Assembly (NCBI RefSeq): GCF_023055435.1
Contig: NW_025963868.1
Location: 19,902,001 to 19,966,000, forward strand
DNA: 64,000 bases
Direction: 5' to 3'
Source: Haliotis rufescens
Lineage: Eukaryota
Part shown: one piece after another, positions 11,711 to 25,008 of the stretch
Numbering within the stretch: the first letter of the stretch is position 1
Layout of the letters: every line of letters begins with the position of its first letter
Notes under the pieces: model-generated
Seen by the model: only the letters and a program-made list of their open reading frames with translations
Database searches by the model: none
Told to the model about the DNA's origin: nothing
Position numbers and translations under genes: made by a program

Positions 11711-13689
11711 TGGTTCTGGTTTTAGTCAACTCGAGTTGGACACTTTCTGTACATGGTGTAAGTTCATGTATTTGAACTTGAGGAGAAAACATTGTTTATT
11801 TTTGTATGGTACCATGTTCTGGTCTTATCTGCACTAGAGGTTCTGTTTGGGGGATAATTTATTGGGTGTACGTCTATATGCTTCGAGTTGGTAGCGTTCT
11901 CTGTGCTTTTACAATAGGCATGGTCTGGTGCATTGGTGCATAGTGATGCAAGGGAGTGAATTCAGGTAGTGATACATATAAAGTGAAATGTTGTATTTAC
12001 AGTTGCAATTGCGTAGAACAGGATGCTCTTTGATCTCTGGAACTTGGGTATGATGGGATAACGGTATTCAAGAATCTAAAACACCAAGAATAATATACCA
12101 TTAGGTTTCTAACATAGGCAACATTTTAATGCTCCTTATCTCCGTATATACATGTGTATTATAAATATGATTCTGATGTCGTTTTCTATTATGTCCACAA
12201 TACCTTATTGTTTGTTTTCATGTTGTACAAAGCCAGGAAACAGTTAGGAGAATCTGAAATAATACCGACAGATTTTAATAACGTTCAGAAATGTTGCTAC
12301 GGCCAAATGTAAAGAACACTTTCATTTATGGAGTTAAATTAATGTTTAGGAATATATGTGTTATTTTGAAAAGTATATTCCAAAATTCTTTGTAATAAAA
12401 TTAAAAAATGTATCAATATACGTTTGCCTTTGGCAAATGCAGTTTCCGAAGTAGACGTTAAGGGTTGTAGGTGGTACACACGTGTAACGCCTGAATAATA
12501 TGTGGAATTGTTTTATTGTTTATGAGAACATTGTCTCGATTGTTTCGATGTCGGATTGTATTTCAGCAGTTAGGAATAATTACTACAATTTTTATTTTGC
12601 AGTTTGTTGAATTGTTAGCATTGACGAATAACCCTCCTTGAAAATGAAATATATTATATATCAACATGTGTTAGCGTGTGAACACCGCTCTCAACTACAG
12701 GTTGGTCAATACACAATGACAGATGTTGTGGTGGTTGTGGTAATTCAGTCTTTGTCTTTGCGTCAATATTCAGATCACAACTACAGGGCACTGACAGCAA
12801 ATATAGTGCCCCGGTGATAATACAGTAAAACAATATTCGTATAATTTTCAATTACTTTTTTGTTCCCTATAATATCGATATAAGTGTTTTCAATGAACGT
12901 GTCGTTTTTGCATTCCTTAATAATACATGGACTTTTAGGGATATTTTATTTCAGTTTAAAAAAGCATAATACCTTGCAGTGCGTTTATCCTCATACACAT
13001 ATGATGATGCACCTTTGACATATTATCTTGCCCTACATATTATCTTCATTTCTTAACAACGTCTTCATGTACCCTCAATCGCCAAAAAATATATTTCATA
13101 GGTTGTCGAATTATCCGTGTTTTTACGTGCGATTCAAACAATTTACAAATAATGACTGCTCCCCGTTCAAGTGCATGCGTATAACGGCGCTGGAACAGGT
13201 GAGACACAACATACAAAACGGATATTAAGAAGACTTATTTGGTAAGTAATTCAATAACTTGGGGTGTTACATTGTTTTCATTGTATTTACACTCGTTAGA
13301 CAAGGAAAATGGCCTGTAGCTTGGCGGAACAAGTGCAGAATTGCTATAACATATGCTTCTCAGTGGTCTCTCCGACTGAGGTTGTCAGCATTTGCATGTT
13401 CGTCAGAGCACAGTTCGTCTGTCTCGTGCGCCACGTAATAACGTCTGGGTTGAGGTTAAATATCATTTCCATATTCAATCGGATGTACTTTATACGTCAT
13501 CATTTCATTCAGGTGTCATTTGCCAGCGGAATCCCTACTTTGACCCTAACTTCATCTAGACGTGCGGTAGAATGGGCCTGATTCTATCAATCGGCTGGTC
13601 ACGCCATGCCCTGTGCATGGACAACTTGAATTTTAAAACAATGTAATAGCAATGGTTTTGAACATGGCATATTGTGATCTTAAGTACCA

Positions 13690-13935
13690 TATTATATAAA
13701 TCATTTTGCCTAGAATCCTCTGCCAGAAGGCGGTGGCTCATGGGTCAATCTAGCATTATTGACCTTCATGTTCTATTTGTCTTCAGGTGACCGTCTGGGG
13801 CAGAACCAGCCTGACCTTTACCTTGTTTGACTACAATAGCTACCTGTGTCCTTTTTGCTTGAGTATGGCACCCCTGTAGCCCTGCTGTTTGTGGTCGGTT
13901 TCCAGTTCAACGCCATTCTTGCAGATATTCCATGT
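13690..13935 (+). mobile_element. Relic 5' UTR of an I-clade LINE
   Basis: gaaggcggtggctcatgggtcaatctag matches the reverse complement of ~1847-1874. Confidence 0.5.
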
Positions 13936-14029
13936 TGGTTGGGTTGTTGAATATATACTGAGTCAAATTAATTACATTTAGTACTAACTACTAAATGACT
14001 TTATCGCGCGTATCCAAACCATGGGCTAA

Positions 14030-17000
14030 TTACGTCTGTAACCCAATCACCCCCCGTAACTCAATCACCCCGGGCCACCACTCGGCACCGTGCCCGGGGA
14101 ATAATCCCGCGCAAGCATCATCCCGCCTTTGTTAGTCCGTCATTCGCGAACAGCCCTTCCCCAAGTACACACGTGTGTCACTGTATCTAATCGCTTTTGC
14201 TTTGAATACCACCTATTTCAGCACTCGCCGTATCGCATTTATTCCGTTCTACTCCCGAACTTCACCCTCGGGACAATTTTACGCTTGTGGAATACCAACT
14301 CACCACCTCGACCTTCGTGATGCCTCCCAAGAGAAGAGCACCCGTCAACCACAAACTTGTGAGGGGAGCCAAGCAGGCCAGGACAACCAGAAGACAAACC
14401 CCGGGAGTGCACATTATGCAGGAGGCAACAGCTGATGGTGAGTCTGCCAATTACGGAAATATCGAAGGGGGCAACAGAATTAACGTACAATCGGCGCAGC
14501 TTGTAAATGCCGCGCAGGCTGCCAACTCGGCTACCCAGGTAAACGAGGAACTGGAAAAAATACTCCAGTTGCAGGAACATTCAGCGCCCGGCCCGGTTAG
14601 CGCAAACCAACAGGTAAGGCTTGGTTTTAGTTCTCCCGCCATTTCGCCCAACATAGGGAGAATCCCCGATGCTTACAACGAGGTATTCATTTTCATCGTA
14701 GTGTCATAGCGACCGAATTGGGACAAAGACTAATTACCCTGCAGCCATGATGTGTATATGTCTAGAATCTAGAAATGGATTAGTAAACAATCGAAGCGCT
14801 TATGTTAATACCACTTCATTACCCATAAGACACGATGCAATAAATACATCAGCGAACGTTAGATTAACAAATGAATTGCACATGCCAAGCTAGATGTGTG
14901 TATATGAGAAATATATTTGCAGTTTATGTTAAACAATTCATTTAATTGAACATCTGCCAGTTTTTAATACGAAGTTTTGAATAGAAGCTAATGTTTGGAT
15001 TTGCTCTTCTTTACTCAAATGCGAATTTCTGCATAGCACTGTGTGTAAAAAATAACCTTGTTGGTAAAAATACATTTCATTTCGAAGAACTTAGTAGTTT
15101 GTACACACAAAAGTGTAAAGCATGCTCGGTATGATATCCACAGGAACAGGTTTTAGTATGCAATATGTCTATCATACTGATCTGCGTTAAGATCGCTGCA
15201 GACAAGCCTGATGCGAATCTGAATAATTTGACATGCTAATTGCCATTGTTAATCCAGAAGTATTGTACATGGACTGTCTGCCATCCTGAACGAGCTGTGC
15301 AACTTTGACATTGTTTATTTCCATAAATAACCACTCACAGTGGTACATGGACATAAATGCAAGAAATAGATAACGGAGGCATTCACCAAATTGCATCCAT
15401 CGAATATGTTAGCGATCGTACATCTCCATCAGTATGTCCTTACCTGAGAGTTGTGCGTCGGGGTGCATGGCAGTATAGAATGGAAGTCGTTAGTTAGTTA
15501 CTTGAATGGCAGTCCGGGGGTCCTGTCGCTATATACTTGTCCGACATGAAATGACAGGTTTTAGGGTTTGTGATTTAGTTAGTGTGGGTGATTTTAAGAG
15601 CGTTTGTTGAATGGGTGATAATTACTGCTGACGCTATAGATGTAAACATTCATATAATGATGGCAGCAAAGGACAGCCGAGGAGACAATGGCGTTGCCAC
15701 CACGAGACATATGTATGCCTTTTACGAGACGGCTAAGGGTATAATTCACTATGTCTATAAATGTTATGTAATCAGTCCTGTAGCGAATCCTTTTCTGAGC
15801 AACAGACTGTGTCATTGCATGATTTATTGTGGGCACAATGGAATGGGACTGTAGGCACGTGTAGCTCTTAATCCCATATGAAAACACCAACTTTAGATTC
15901 GCGTTGTATCTCTGGTACCACATTCTTTTCTGTAACGCAGATGGCCTAGGTTATGATGATAGTTCGGATAACATTCGTAGAAAATATAGACTGAATGACA
16001 CGACAGAGTGAGAGCCGTTTAACGCCGCTTTTAACAGCATGCCGGTTAGCGAGGCCGACGGTGACGCGGCTTGGCCAGCCAATCACATCGCAGTATACGG
16101 GGATTCCCTTTCCTTCCGTGCGGATGGAATAGACGCGCACGTCAAACAAACGGTGAGGGAAAAAATCTGGCGTGGCGAGTATGTCGACCTCGGCACAATC
16201 CTACCAAACACCGAGGGAGGTCACGAGGACGGTACGATTACCATGGCGTACGACTCCTCAGGTTAGGTAATTTTTAAACCAATAAAGCAGCAACCAAAGC
16301 GCCTGTCCCTGGCAAGCTGGACTTCAGCTTTCCACATTTTCATGTGTATATATGTTAGTAGGCACTCCGAGGTCCGCACAACCCAGGGGTTGCTGTCCTA
16401 CATGGAAACCATAAGAACGGCGGCACTTCGATTCGGGGGGATGCCCGGTCAACCTACGACCAACAATTCCGACACAGAATGTCAAGGGACCCCTTCACGA
16501 CGCTGGGACAACATCGACGGGGAGTTGTGGCTGAAGTACATGGTAACACAGCCGGTACTACAACCACAATCAGGCGGACGGGGCGCAATGACACGCGTAC
16601 AGGGGGACATCGCCAGTCAGGTATGCTGGGATTTCAATAAATTTGGCTGTAGCAGGGTCAACTGTAAGTACACTCACAAATGCGGTAAGTGTGGCAAACA
16701 TTCCCATAGCTCTAGGACCTGCAGATCAGAATCCCAGAGTCCAAGATCAAGGAGGTGACAAGGGAAATCCAAGACATCCTGTCAACAGGTAACATCAAGG
16801 TCACAAAAAGGGCCCTTCAGTCCCTCATAGGCAAGCTTAACTTTATGTGCAGGGCTATACCAATGGCAAGGGCATTCAGCCGCAGGCTAACCGATCTGCT
16901 TAGCAAAGGTAAGCAACCATTTCACCACATTAGGATTACCAGCTGGGTCAAGGAAGACCTACAAATGTGGTTAACATTTCTTACGAGTTATAAAGGCATT

Positions 17001-18215
17001 TCAGTGTTTCAGGACCAACTATGGGTGGACAGCGATTTCCTCCAGCTGTTTTCAGACGCAGCGGGTGGCGCCGGCTTTGGGGCCTACATGCAGGGCAAAT
17101 GGTTTAACGGCGCATGGCCACCCCAGTGGGTGACAGATGGAACTACACGGGACTTGACGCTACCTTGACATGGTGGCATCAACCCTTCGGATACAACCCC
17201 AGCTTCCTGACACCAAGATCATCGTGTCCTCAATGCTGCACAGGCGCTACTGGCACGATGCCAGGGACCCACTAAAGATCGAGGGGATGCGGAAGAATAT
17301 CAACCGTCGACTGGCCAACCGAGTCAAAGAGCTCGGCGGTACAATGGTGCCACATACCCAGATCCTGGCATCAGACAAGACATGGTACGCCTGGGAGGGC
17401 GTCCACCTCAGTGACAAAGGACTCTGTGTGTTTACAGACAATTTATTGCATGCCCTGGCGCTTGTTATCTCCACAGGTTTGCGTTTCCTTTCAGTACATA
17501 GGCAAGCCGGGCAACAATGCTATCTCCGCGTATCGCGTGGCCGTGGGTGTGGGGGTAGCACTCTGGTGCTTTGTGGCGGGGTTCTTGTGGGCTACACTGC
17601 TAGTAACAAATTAACTTGCTTCCAAATTAATACTCGTGCTTAAGGCTACCTGCTTTTCAGCGGGAACCTTTCCGGGGTTACCTGCTTCTCAGTGGGAACC
17701 TTGTCTTTCCCGACTTTTCAGCCGGGGAATCGTAAAATAACATACGTTGGGGCAAACAATTGCCACGTATATGGGCCCGGCGGCGGAAGTCGTCTTGTCA
17801 AGCGGTAGCTGACAGTTGGGTCCGCGGCGTGGGAGCCGCACAATGGTTTTGCTAATGGGGCCGGGCAGTGGGATCTGCTTTGGCCGGCTACCTGGGGCCG
17901 GGCAGCGGTAGTCTGACTTAGGCCAGCAACGTGGAGCTGCTTTTGGCAGCGTGGGAGTTGCCAAGCAATGGTAGCGGTTAAATATGCTACCGTGGGGGCC
18001 GGACAGCGGAAGCAGTCTCAGGCCAGCAGCGCTAGCTGCAATCGCCGTTGGCCACGCGCGTGGCCATGGCAACGGTAGCATTTTGGTATACACAATTAGC
18101 AGCTAAGTAGCCCACTAGTACCTGCACACCCTCGGCCATTTAACCCAATCTCATCTTCTGTTTTTATTTTAGGCACGGGCATCCACGGCTCGGTGGCCCG
18201 TGCCTCTCCTTGGCA
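14030..18215 (+). mobile_element. Internally deleted Ngaro/DIRS-group retrotransposon: gag with CCCH finger, RT C-terminus/RNase H fragment, SGNH-hydrolase fragment
   Basis: KIWRGEYVDLGTIL, WTSAFHIF, RWDNIDGELW, CWDFNKFGCSRVNCKYTHKC; LQSLIGKLNF...EDLQMW...LFSDAAG...GFGAY...WFNGAWP; IIVSSML...EGVHLSDKG; no RT core or tyrosine recombinase. Confidence 0.8.
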
Positions 18216-18224
18216 TATCGCGGG

Positions 18225-19504
18225 ATAATGGCACACAAGTTCAGTAGCGTGTATGGCCACCATGTACGTTGACAACTGCCACACAACGCCTCCGCATGGA
18301 CCTTGTGAACACATGATTGGGAAGACGACGCCATTGTTACTGCAAAATGGTGCCAAGATCTAGCAAATTCTGTGGTTGGTTCTAGAGAGTGCGCAGACTT
18401 CTGCCAAGAGCATCCCAGACGTGTTCGATGGGATTAAGGTCGGGAGACCTTGACGGCCAGTCCATGACGTTGACTCCCGCATTCCGAAGGAAATTCCTTG
18501 TCAAAATTGCTGTGTGGGGTCTGGCATTGTCGTGTTGGAAGATTAAACCGGGTCCATGTGCTGCCATAAAAGGCAGATGTTCTGGTGCCAGTACCTGGTC
18601 GCGGTAAGCAGCAGCGTTGAGGTTGCCACGGATGACAAGAAGCCTGGATCGTGCATTGCCACTGTCAACTTCCTGTACACAACACTGGGCGTAACGTTCA
18701 TGACCGCGCCTCCACACTATCGCCCTACCATCAGCAAATCGAAGATTAAATCGGGATTCATCACTGAAGACGACTTGATTCCAATTCCTCTGAGTACTAC
18801 GTACTTTGTAAGTGTCGCTGTGCCCACAATTGACGTTGACGTCTGTGTAATTGAGTCAGAATCGGCCCGCAGTATGGCCGTCGTGCTTGAAGGTGAGCAG
18901 TTCTCAGACGGTTTCGAACAGTTTGCGCACTCAGTCTACCCCTAAACAGTTCATTTCTGGTTGATGTAGCCGTCAAAAATCGGCTACGGAGGTGACGTAA
19001 AGACAGTCTATCGATCCTCTGCATGTGACGTCACACGTGGTCGACCTGGCCGAGGGCGATCAGCGGTGGTACCCGTTTGCTGTAGACGCGTCTGTAAATC
19101 ACAAACAGTCCGTCGACTACAACCCATCGTCCTTGCGACTTCAGCTACGGACGTTCCCGTCTTCAACATGCCGATGGCACGTTCACGTTGCACATTTGGA
19201 AGGCGTGGCATGACAAATGGCCTTAAAGACTTTTGTTTTCTTGTGTTTTTCTTTTTTTGTTAATGACTGCTATGGCTGAAAACATGTGCGGTATTATGGC
19301 CACGTGACCAGTTGCACGTGAAAAAACACTTTTGCCACTATAGTGCTGTGCACATGATTTTGATCGATTCACCTGCACAGAAACGGGTGTTATCTGAAGA
19401 CAATACGTGGCCATTACTGTTTAAATACACAATAAGGGCCCACAATGATAACTGCTCAAAATGTTAAAATTTTAGGATTGTGAAGTTTTTAATTTGGTTC
19501 AGTA
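18225..19504 (-). mobile_element. Tc1-like transposon 1 (transposase 19211-18241, disrupted; 3' TIR missing)
   Basis: MPRL...RPGRPRVT; FQHDNARPH; WPSRSPDLNPIEHVW; GGHTRY*; 5' end TACTGAACC abuts (TA)n. Confidence 0.92.
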
Positions 19505-19554
19505 TATATATATATATATATAGATATATATATCTATATATATATATATATATA
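19503..19554. repeat. (TA)n microsatellite
   Basis: Directly visible. Confidence 0.95.
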
Positions 19555-19729
19555 TCATAACATAACTATGGACGAGCGTTATATGCTCAATATGATATAT
19601 CTAAATTCTTTGATATTTTAATGAACTTAGTGTCTCATAGGCAAGTATGGCCGGGTATTGCTTGCATATTTTATGCTTTTATGCCTGTTTCATCGTGCAT
19701 AGCGATATGTGACACTCAAATAAACTACT

Positions 19730-19881
19730 ACTTGGTTGATGCATGTCATCGTATCCCTATTGCGTAGATCTATACTCATGATGTCAATCACTGGATTGCC
19801 TGGTCCAGACTCGATTATGTGCAGACCGCCGTCATATATTTGGAATATTGCTGAGTGCGCGTTAAACAACAAACAAACAAA
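19730..19881 (+). mobile_element. SINE family 1, 5'-truncated
   Basis: Matches the 3' half of 10196-10444. Confidence 0.85.
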
Positions 19882-20195
19882 AGTAAGGCTGATTCCTGAG
19901 GTTTCATACAGGACGTTGATCCCACCCCATACCGAGACACAGGTGATAAACTACGGTGTCTTTGCGGCGTTGAAACCACAAACAAACAAAAAGTTATAAT
20001 TAAAGAGTGTCAATTGCAAAGCTTCCGCTGTCGTGTCAGGTTTCAACCTTGTGGTTTTCCGTGTAGCAAGTGCACTACAGTCCCTCCGACTCACGGCGGA
20101 CGAGACAGCCTGTGGTGAAGCGGCCTTCGTAATAAAACTTGCACCGACTGTAGACATGGTAGACTTGCGACAAGACAGATTGCACTCAGTGAGTG

Positions 20196-20453
20196 AGTTG
20201 GTTGGTTGGTTTGTTGTTTGACGCCGCACTCAGCAATATTCCAGCTATATGACGGCGGTCTGTAAATAATCGAGTCTGGACCAGACAATCCAGTGATTGA
20301 TATCATGAGCATCGATCCACGCAATTGCGATTGATGACATGCATCAACCAAGTCAGCGAGCCTGACCACCCGATCCCGTTAGTCGTCTTTTACGCCAAGC
20401 ATAGTCACCTTTTACGGCAAGCATGGGTTGCTGAAGACCTATTCTACCCCGGA
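20196..20453 (-). mobile_element. SINE family 1 with duplicated 22-bp core
   Basis: Reverse complement of consensus; the tagtcg..ttacg.caagca unit occurs twice. Confidence 0.9.
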
Positions 20454-20848
20454 ATGTCTCAGTCAGGTGCGTTGGTACAGTACTCGTAGCTTGTATTTAG
20501 TGACATTGCAATCACTTGCTCGAGAGCATAATTCTTTTCAGTTGAGTTGTTTAGAATTACTCGGCGGCTATCACATTCATGAGTCAATTCCAGCGACACT
20601 TATCGCCACGAGGTCGTTTTATTATAAGGACAAACTGCCTTCCAGAAAGTAAACAAGAGCTACTAGATTAATGTACACGTTTCTTCTGTCAGATTCAGGA
20701 ATGGGAAAAACAGAATGTCGACAAAAAGTTTCAGAACTAACCACAGTCAGTAAATGACTGAAACTTCCAGGGAGGATATTAATGGAAAGTGTCAGAGGAT
20801 CTGCAATATTCCATCTGCAACTGCATTGTTTAAAATAACCAGCCAGGC

Positions 20849-21157
20849 AACAGATGCTTGACAACATGGGTGAGATATGTCGGGGCACGTTGGGATACTG
20901 TCAGCCAGGTCACACAGTGTTACCAACAAATGCTTGACAACATGGGTGAGACATGTCGGGGCACGTGGGGACACTGTCAGTCAGGTCACACAGTGTAACC
21001 TACAAATGCTTGACAACATGGGTGAGATATGTCGGGGCACGTGGGGACACTGTCAGTCAAGTCACACAGTGTAACCTACAAATGCTTGACAACATGGGTG
21101 AGATATGTCGGGGCACGTGGGGACACTGTCAGTCAGGTCACACAGTGTAACCTACAA
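20849..21157. repeat. 76-bp minisatellite, ~4 copies
   Basis: caaatgcttgacaacatgggtgagatatgtcggggcacg... repeats; ORF starts are spaced by 76 nt. Confidence 0.95.
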
Positions 21158-21652
21158 CTCCAGTTTAGTCAACAAACCTTGATCCCACGTCACAGACAGA
21201 ATAGACAAAGGTCAGGGTTGACATCAAACAAACTTACTGTATTTAAATAACGAAGCAGTTCAACTCACAAAGTCACAATACTGGTTCTGAATAATTTATC
21301 TATTCCAAATTCATGAAATAAATAATATTGCAATATGCAGTACAGTGCCAGGTACGTGATCATGCAATGGTGCTATGGAAGATAATTAACAAGGTATGAT
21401 ATGTCTTTGATTTGTCTATGAACTTATCAAAATAGGATTCCAGTCAGTGTGTAAACAAACACGCCGATTCCCACACACTGGATACACAACACAACTGCGT
21501 GTGCGCCTTCTGTTCAGCCACCAGTTGTCATACAAACACCTGGCTTGGTAAACGTACAGTTAACTTACACGCTACCAACACACAGACGTTAAATTCCATG
21601 AAACCAGACGTTACCGATATCAATGGAATCAATACTCTTCAATATGATAGTC

Positions 21653-21983
21653 ACCCGTGAAGATCCGGATTAAGAATTGGTCTTCATTAGCTCATGCTTG
21701 TCGTAAGAGGCAATGTCGTGTCATCGTATCCCATTTTTGCGTGTATTGATGCTCATGATGTCAATCACTGGATTGTCGGGTCCAGACTCGATTAGTCACA
21801 TAGCTAGAATATTGCTGAGTGCGGCGTTACACAACAACGGTCGGGTAGCCTAGTGGTTAAAGCGTTCGCTCGTCACGCCGAAGACCCGGGTCCGATTCCC
21901 GACATGGGTACAAAATGTGAAGTCCCCGCCGTGATATTGCTGGAATATTGCTAAAAGCGGCGTAAAACCATACTCACTCACTC
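21653..21983 (+). mobile_element. SINE family 1 copy (21653-21836) directly followed by tRNA-headed SINE family 2 (21837-21983)
   Basis: A box tagcctagtggttaaagcg, B box gggtccgattccc, tail aaaagcggcgtaaaaccatactcactc. Confidence 0.85.
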
Positions 21984-23438
21984 GTCGCTATATGGTTGAA
22001 AGAAGCTTCCTCACTGATAAATTTTTAGGAGACAAAAGTGACATTTTTAGCAATATCGGGAAAAAATGCCGAAAATGCCACAGAATAAAAAATCACAGTA
22101 GTATTCGTCGTAAAGGTGTTGCGTCTGGGTATGAGTGGGTTCCTTAAATACCTGGACGGTGTGATAGTCCAGTAGTTAAAGCGTTGCCTGGCCATGGTGT
22201 TTGAGGCTTAGTGATGGTGTAGCGGTATAGCGGGGATATTGTGACAGTAGCGTATGTACGCTGTTCTTACACTTCTACCGTGCACACACAAAAATAATAT
22301 CACCCCATGGGGCGTGGATATAGGTGAAAGCATTTTTCAGTAATTGTCACTGGGCATTATGACGTTTGCTTCATGCTGATTGGATAGTTCGCATCAATTG
22401 TTCCATTGTTTTCATCGTTTGCGAAGAGGTTCACGACAACGTGCGTCACTGAACACATTGTCGCATGTCACTGAGGATGGCGTCATCATAGCACAACATC
22501 ATTCACTCGGGGCAGATAACCCGTGAATCCTCGTAGCACGGAGGTTATCCTCCTATTGTTTCATAAGGTCCTCGCTGATTAGCCCTACTGGAGTAGCATC
22601 ATAATCATCATCATCCCGTTAGACAGCTTCTGAAAATATATTATTAGTATATAATACTTATAATGTATTGTACAACTTTGTGAGGTGAATCTTTGTAGCC
22701 AGTCGTCTTCCTGTTGATTCTAGGATAGAGGTGTTACTCATGCTATCAATCGCTATTCAGAGTCAGCTATGTAAAGACTGCTGGATATATGCAATATCTC
22801 GCATATTATTATGGTATCAATGCACATATTCATAAACATATATTAGAAAGTAAGAACAGTTTACCACACATGCAGAGATTACAATTAAAGGGAGAGAACC
22901 TGTTATCGTCGGAGCTTCAGGGAGTACCGACTCAGTCAAAGTGACTATTCTACACACACTATCCCAGACCAGCATCGAACACATTGCGTGCGCTGGACCT
23001 CGGGTTGTCCATCCACAAGATGGGGTGTGGTTCTAACGAGTACAGGCCATGGACATACCGCTTAAAAGGAATTTCCGTTTATAAATACAGGAACGATATG
23101 TGATCTGAAATTTGCTTTGAACAGTATTTCAGGTCTATCACTGCACGTCCAAATCAAACCGATGCGTTGGTGAATGACACAAGCACGGGTTAGACACAGA
23201 TCGTTGACAATATATGATTCCAACCCAAATGGTTCACTAACTCGTGTATTCTGCCTGTTTTGGAACTAAAATGTGAAAAATATCAAAATTAAAATTTACC
23301 TCTATCTTGGTGTTCCTCATCCTAGTGTTATTTTGTCTTCGGTTTCATCACCTGGACGTGCACATCTGACAACAGCAAGTAAAAGTGTAGACAAGTCGTA
23401 ATATAGTTTACCGACAGCTAGCATTACATGCAAATCTA

Positions 23439-23737
23439 AGAGTGAGTGAGTGAGTGAGTGAGTGAGTGAGTTGGGTTTAACGCCGCTTTTAACAGTATTC
23501 CAGTTATATCGCGGCGTGTCAGCTTAATGTGGGGGGAAAGCCCGAAGTGATGCAGGTCTCAGACGTTTACCACTTCGGTGAAACCCACGAGCACGGGTAT
23601 GGTGCTGACAAACCTAGAAACATAATCGGGGAGAACCGGGATTCAAACCCACAATCATAGGTTTCTGGCGTGCCCAAAGGACGCAACTCTGCACCGAAAA
23701 TCGCGCCGCCTTAGACAACAGGGCCACCCATGCCCCC
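23439..23737 (-). mobile_element. SINE family 3 (tRNA-like head with long A-B box spacing, (TCAC)n tail)
   Basis: GGTGGCCCTGTTGTCTAAGGCG...GTGGGTTTGAATCCC; further copies at ~46143-46390, 47767-48014, 51698-51905 and a degenerate one at 29476-29680. Confidence 0.8.
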
Positions 23738-24154
23738 TGCACTTGTAAGATCTGCAAGTGAACTAAACATATTTTTTAGGTGTAACGGTATTAAAATTCA
23801 ATAACAAGGTATGATATTAAAGACCACACTGCACAGCAGACATCATTTGAACTTTCGTAGAAAAGCATGAGTACTCAAATGATTACATTTCATATTTTTC
23901 GAAATATATTTTTTAAAATCTAACAGCTGGCGGAATGCTTACTCATTTATGTGGAGAATTGAATCCACTTACTTATGCATCATGGCTCGACTAGCTAATT
24001 ATGTACAACTCGGGGTTGGGGTGGGATCGGGGGAAACTCTGTACCTTGCGCCACTGGTTCCCTGTACTGTGTGGGGGCATCCGCTGATAAACATTCTGAT
24101 GACACTGTGTATAGCATGTTGTCCCGCATGGCTGAAACATAATATATCATAATT

Positions 24155-24294
24155 ATGAGTAGTAGAAGTTGTTGTAGTTTTAGCATTAGTTGCAGTAGTA
24201 GTTGCAGCAGCAGTAGTAGTAGTTGCAGTAGCAGAAGTAGTAGCAGTAGCTGTAGCAGTGGAAGTAGTAGCATCGCTATTATTATTATCATTAT
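24155..24294. repeat. Imperfect (GTA/GCA)n plus (ATT)n microsatellite
   Basis: Directly visible. Confidence 0.9.
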
Positions 24295-25007
24295 GTAGGC
24301 CGTATCATCACAAACTAGTCATTCGTTGACATTCTCTGTAATGAAACCTGTATATAACAAACGCACGTTTTAGCAGGTGTCCTCCCATTAGTTAGACGTC
24401 CCAATAGTTAGACAGCTTATAACAACACTTTAAACGGTTGAGTGCACACTAATCCTTATGCTTGTTACCTCAGACTTTAAAATGGAATAGTCCAGATAAG
24501 ATCTTACAAACAAAGCAAAGCAGCTTTAAATAGATACTTTAATATTATACTTAACATTTAATGACACTTTACATTTGATAAATTTTGTACAGTTTGTAAG
24601 AACACTTTGTGCCAGTTTTTGGTAATGTACACTTTACATTTAATAACTTTTACAGTTTATTTATCCCAGACGAAGCAAGTGTGCTAGGTGAGCCGCAAGT
24701 CACACACTTTGCATTATTAAACAAGAATTTCTTCATTGCCTCACGCCGAGCGACAATACTCCTGTGGCCTGTAAACAATTAAGTCCAGACAAGACACTCC
24801 AGCGTGTTTACTGATTTTGTTGAAGCTATGGTGGATGCTGGGTTGCTGCGGACTTCAGTCAACCAGCAGGGCCATCGACTGTTTTAGCGTCATCATAATT
24901 ACTGTATTATTTCCTGTAAAAATATCGCACATGTCAACAACTTTAAACAAATGCCAAAGAACCTGACTGATGAAAAGGTTGTAAATGAACACACTCTGTT
25001 CTTATTG

Positions 25008-25008
<1 letters not shown>

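Larger units (their letters stand above)
22450..24913 (-). pseudogene. Gene A tail region: candidate terminal exon 24913-24855 plus disrupted exon relics (~24347, ~23365-23300, ~22629-22450)
   Basis: Polypyrimidine-AG acceptors precede SNYDDA, ITENV..DDTAYI, DDDDYDAT, GPYETI, CYEDS and CYDDAI, each interrupted by stops or frameshifts. Confidence 0.5.

Noticed and set aside
12654-12851. Small secreted protein ORF
   Set aside because: TTG-started, no splice or homology support; may belong to the transposon 5' region
21837-21910. tRNA gene
   Set aside because: A and B boxes are present, but it continues into a SINE body and tail and has diverged copies elsewhere in the window
23995-24291. Poly-Leu signal or TM ORF
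   Set aside because: Translation of a trinucleotide microsatellite
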